A DNA stretch of 64,000 bases from Octopus vulgaris (Eukaryota), in the NCBI GenBank assembly GCA_951406725.2, contig OX597823.1:84196001-84260000 (forward strand), read 5' to 3'. How positions within the stretch are numbered: position 1 is the first letter of the stretch; each line of letters starts with the position of its first letter. Positions 61,017-64,000 of the stretch are shown here, in pieces. The notes under the pieces were generated by a model. That model ran no database searches, was not told the origin of the DNA, and saw only the letters and a list, made by a program, of their open reading frames with translations. The position numbers and the translations under genes are program-made.

Positions 61017-61653
61017 AGAGTATATATGTATATATGTGTGTATATATAAATATATATGTATATATGTGTGTATATATAAATATATATGTATGTATGTGTG
61101 TATATATAAATATATATGTATATATGTGTGTATATATAAATATATATGTATGTATATGTGTGTATATATTAATATATATATGTCTGTATATGTGTGTGTA
61201 TATATTAATATATATATGTATGTATATATGTGTATATATATAAATATATATATGTATATATATATATGTGTGTGTGTGTGTATAGACATGTATATGCATA
61301 TATGTGTGTATATAAGTATATATAAGTATATATCTGTATATATATGCGTGTATATATGAATCAGTTTTGGGGATTTGGAAATTCTATTGCAGACAGAATA
61401 AATCCCTATGTTTGTTCTTTTGACATCATGTGTAGATTCTAATGGTTAGTATTTTAATCAATAAGAGCAGGTCTGCATTGAAACATATTGTTTTAAAGCT
61501 TATTGCACAAGATTGCAATTTTCTCTTCAACCTGACATGACACACGCTTACACACACACACACACATACACACGTCTGTTTCCTTGGATAAGTACATTTA
61601 ATATATTATGAGTATGTGTTTATAAACAGGATAGAGCGATAGATACAAATGTA

Positions 61654-61684
<31 letters not shown>

Positions 61685-62018
61685 TGACGTGATATTACAC
61701 ACACTCACATGTTGATTCACCTAGATAAACAGATAGTGTGTATGTGTACATATATGCACACACACTGTGTTACCCATGTAACCACTGGAAAACTTCACAC
61801 ACACACACACATATATGTATATATGTATATATATATATAATGATTTACATACATATATATATGTGTATCTCTATGCATATATAAAACATGTACGTACATT
61901 CATATGTAACACACACACACGCACATTGTTTTCCAACCAGTGCTATTATTTTTCTTTTGTTTTGGTATTCTTTTAATGTTTTTTTTCTCCCCAACCTATA
62001 ACGTGTGTATATGTGTGC

Positions 62019-62056
<38 letters not shown>

Positions 62057-62629
62057 TTACATACACACACACATTGTCAATTATACTTTCTATATTGTTT
62101 TATACTTGGTTTGATCTCACCTATTGTTTATTGTTCTTAATAAGCTTCATCTCACTTCAATCCATTAACATTTCTTTCTGTTTTTTTGTTTGTGAAGTTT
62201 GTGAAGATTAATTTAACCAGCTTGTTAAAAAAAATATTTTTGTTGTTCTCTGCACGACAGTTCGTGTGACACCAGTTTCATGTCCACGTACTCCGCACAA
62301 TGGCTTCTGTGCATGCTTTCTAAACGACGACAATGGAACTGAAATTTTATAACTAGATTCAACTTGTCAAAAAACCATGCTTCATTGAGTCCATGATTGA
62401 TTGATTTGTAGTTATCTGTCCCTATCTTGTCTGTGTGTGTTCTGTTTGTGTCGCTGGTCCTTGTCTTTTCCTACTCCCGTCCTTTCAGTCGAGGATCTAT
62501 TGACAGGCTCCATTGTTTTCTCACTTTGCAGATGGCACAGGTGTTATTAACATATTCACGTAGTTTTATCATGCTTCTTGTTTTTCCGCGTTAACCATCA
62601 TAATTCTTTCTGTATTGTTTATGCTTACA

Positions 62630-62706
62630 AACACACAACAGGATGATTCAAACACTCTCACTCACTCACACGCACACACAAGGATGATTCAAGCACATAC
62701 CAAATG

Positions 62707-62761
<55 letters not shown>

Positions 62762-63152
62762 CTCTCTCTGTCACACACACACACACACATAGCATTTCTT
62801 TCTTCCTCTCACACACACACACATAGCAATTCTCTTTCCCTCACACACACACACACGTACTGATTCTCCACACACACACTTCAATTCGCCAAACATACAC
62901 AGTGATTCTCTCTCTCTCTCTCACACACACATAACAATTCTCTCTCTCTCTTTCACACACACACACATAGCAATTCTTTTTCCCTCACACACACACACAC
63001 ACTGATTCACCACACGTACACAGTGATTCTCTCTCTCCTTCTCACATACACACAGTACATCTCTTTCTCACACACACAATCAAGGTGATTTGTACACGCA
63101 CACATACACGGTGATTCATGTTCATTCACACACACACACACACACACTCTCT
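62630..63152. repeat. Higher-order repeat of TGATTC/CAATTC-(TC)n-(AC)n units
   Basis: Direct inspection. Confidence 0.9.
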
Positions 63153-63520
63153 GGGTGTTTGTCCTCCACCATCACTTGTTAGTTTGTTTCCATCTCTCTA
63201 ACCTAGTGGTCCAACAAAAGAGACCAATAAAATAAGTACCTGGCTGAAATAATAAGCGCTGGGGCCAATTTGTTTGACTAAACACTTCACTGACTAAAAC
63301 GAGTAAAAGTTTTGAGGTGTACATTATTTGTGGGTTAACAAAGCTACCAGTGAGTTCATGTATAAAGATTCTAGATATGAAACTATTGGTAACCTTGTTA
63401 ACCTGCAAATAAACGAGTATTTATACCTAAATGCAGTATTGAGCTTTCAGTCTCACTGTTCGATATTAGCATGTGTGTGTTTGTTTGTGTGTCTTCACAC
63501 ACATGCACGCACATACTCTT

Positions 63521-63554
<34 letters not shown>

Positions 63555-64000
63555 GGGTGGTTGGTGTTAGGAAGGGCAACCAGCTGTAAAAACCCTGTCG
63601 ATACAAACTGTGAAATTTGGTGCAGTCTCCTGTCCAGCCAGCCCCTGTCAAACCATCCAACCCATTCCAGCATGGCAAACAGACATTAAATGATGACGAT
63701 GATGATGATATATAATAATGGGAAATAAATGATCTTTTGAATACATTTAATACATACATTTCAGACCATTATGCAATGGACAGAAATGAAGTAATCTGTT
63801 ACACATCATCTTCCTCAGTTAAAACATGTTTTTGTATGCATGCGTGTACATTCATTTGTTTTGTGTTTCTGTCTGTTAATTTTTATCATATTAATATTTC
63901 AATATGCCTTTCCTGTCACTAACCCTTAATAAGGGTTCTCTTATTTCATGTATTGGGAAACGTGAAGTGAGCAGATTATTTGTTGACAGGCTCATGACAT

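Noticed and set aside
62630-63152. Repeat-spacer-like periodicity suggesting a CRISPR array
   Set aside because: Units are microsatellite-derived with no unique spacers or cas genes, in a eukaryotic context.

Overview
AT-rich, microsatellite-saturated eukaryotic DNA, most likely an octopus/coleoid cephalopod (inferred from the tRNA-derived CORE-like SINE landscape; not proven). The only host coding sequence I recognise is one 73-nt + strand exon of UDP-glucose:glycoprotein glucosyltransferase (UGGT; [11 protein letters not shown]...FVDADQ) at 23914-23986, so the window is probably intronic on both sides of it. The main mobile element is a near-intact Tx1-clade non-LTR retrotransposon (minus strand, ~52.9-58.1 kb; intact APE-RT-CCHC ORF2, frameshifted CCHC ORF1) lying between the two termini of a non-autonomous Helitron. 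The best lead is a layered parasite system: a SINE family carries the same 3' tail as this Tx1 element, and two of its three full copies sit at the identical 14-bp site, in the same orientation, inside a different, very abundant SINE. Other leads are a consensus splice donor between Tx1 ORF1 and ORF2, an 81-bp indel-free intronic hairpin, two candidate recursive splice sites, and hammerhead-like cores including one behind a tRNA-like head. The rest is remnants of RTE, R4/Dong, CR1-like, Penelope-like, mariner, piggyBac-type and Helitron/Helentron elements, a 5S pseudogene and simple repeats. Most ORFs in the supplied track are repeat artefacts. Repeat boundaries were read by eye and are approximate unless a TSD/TIR is quoted.
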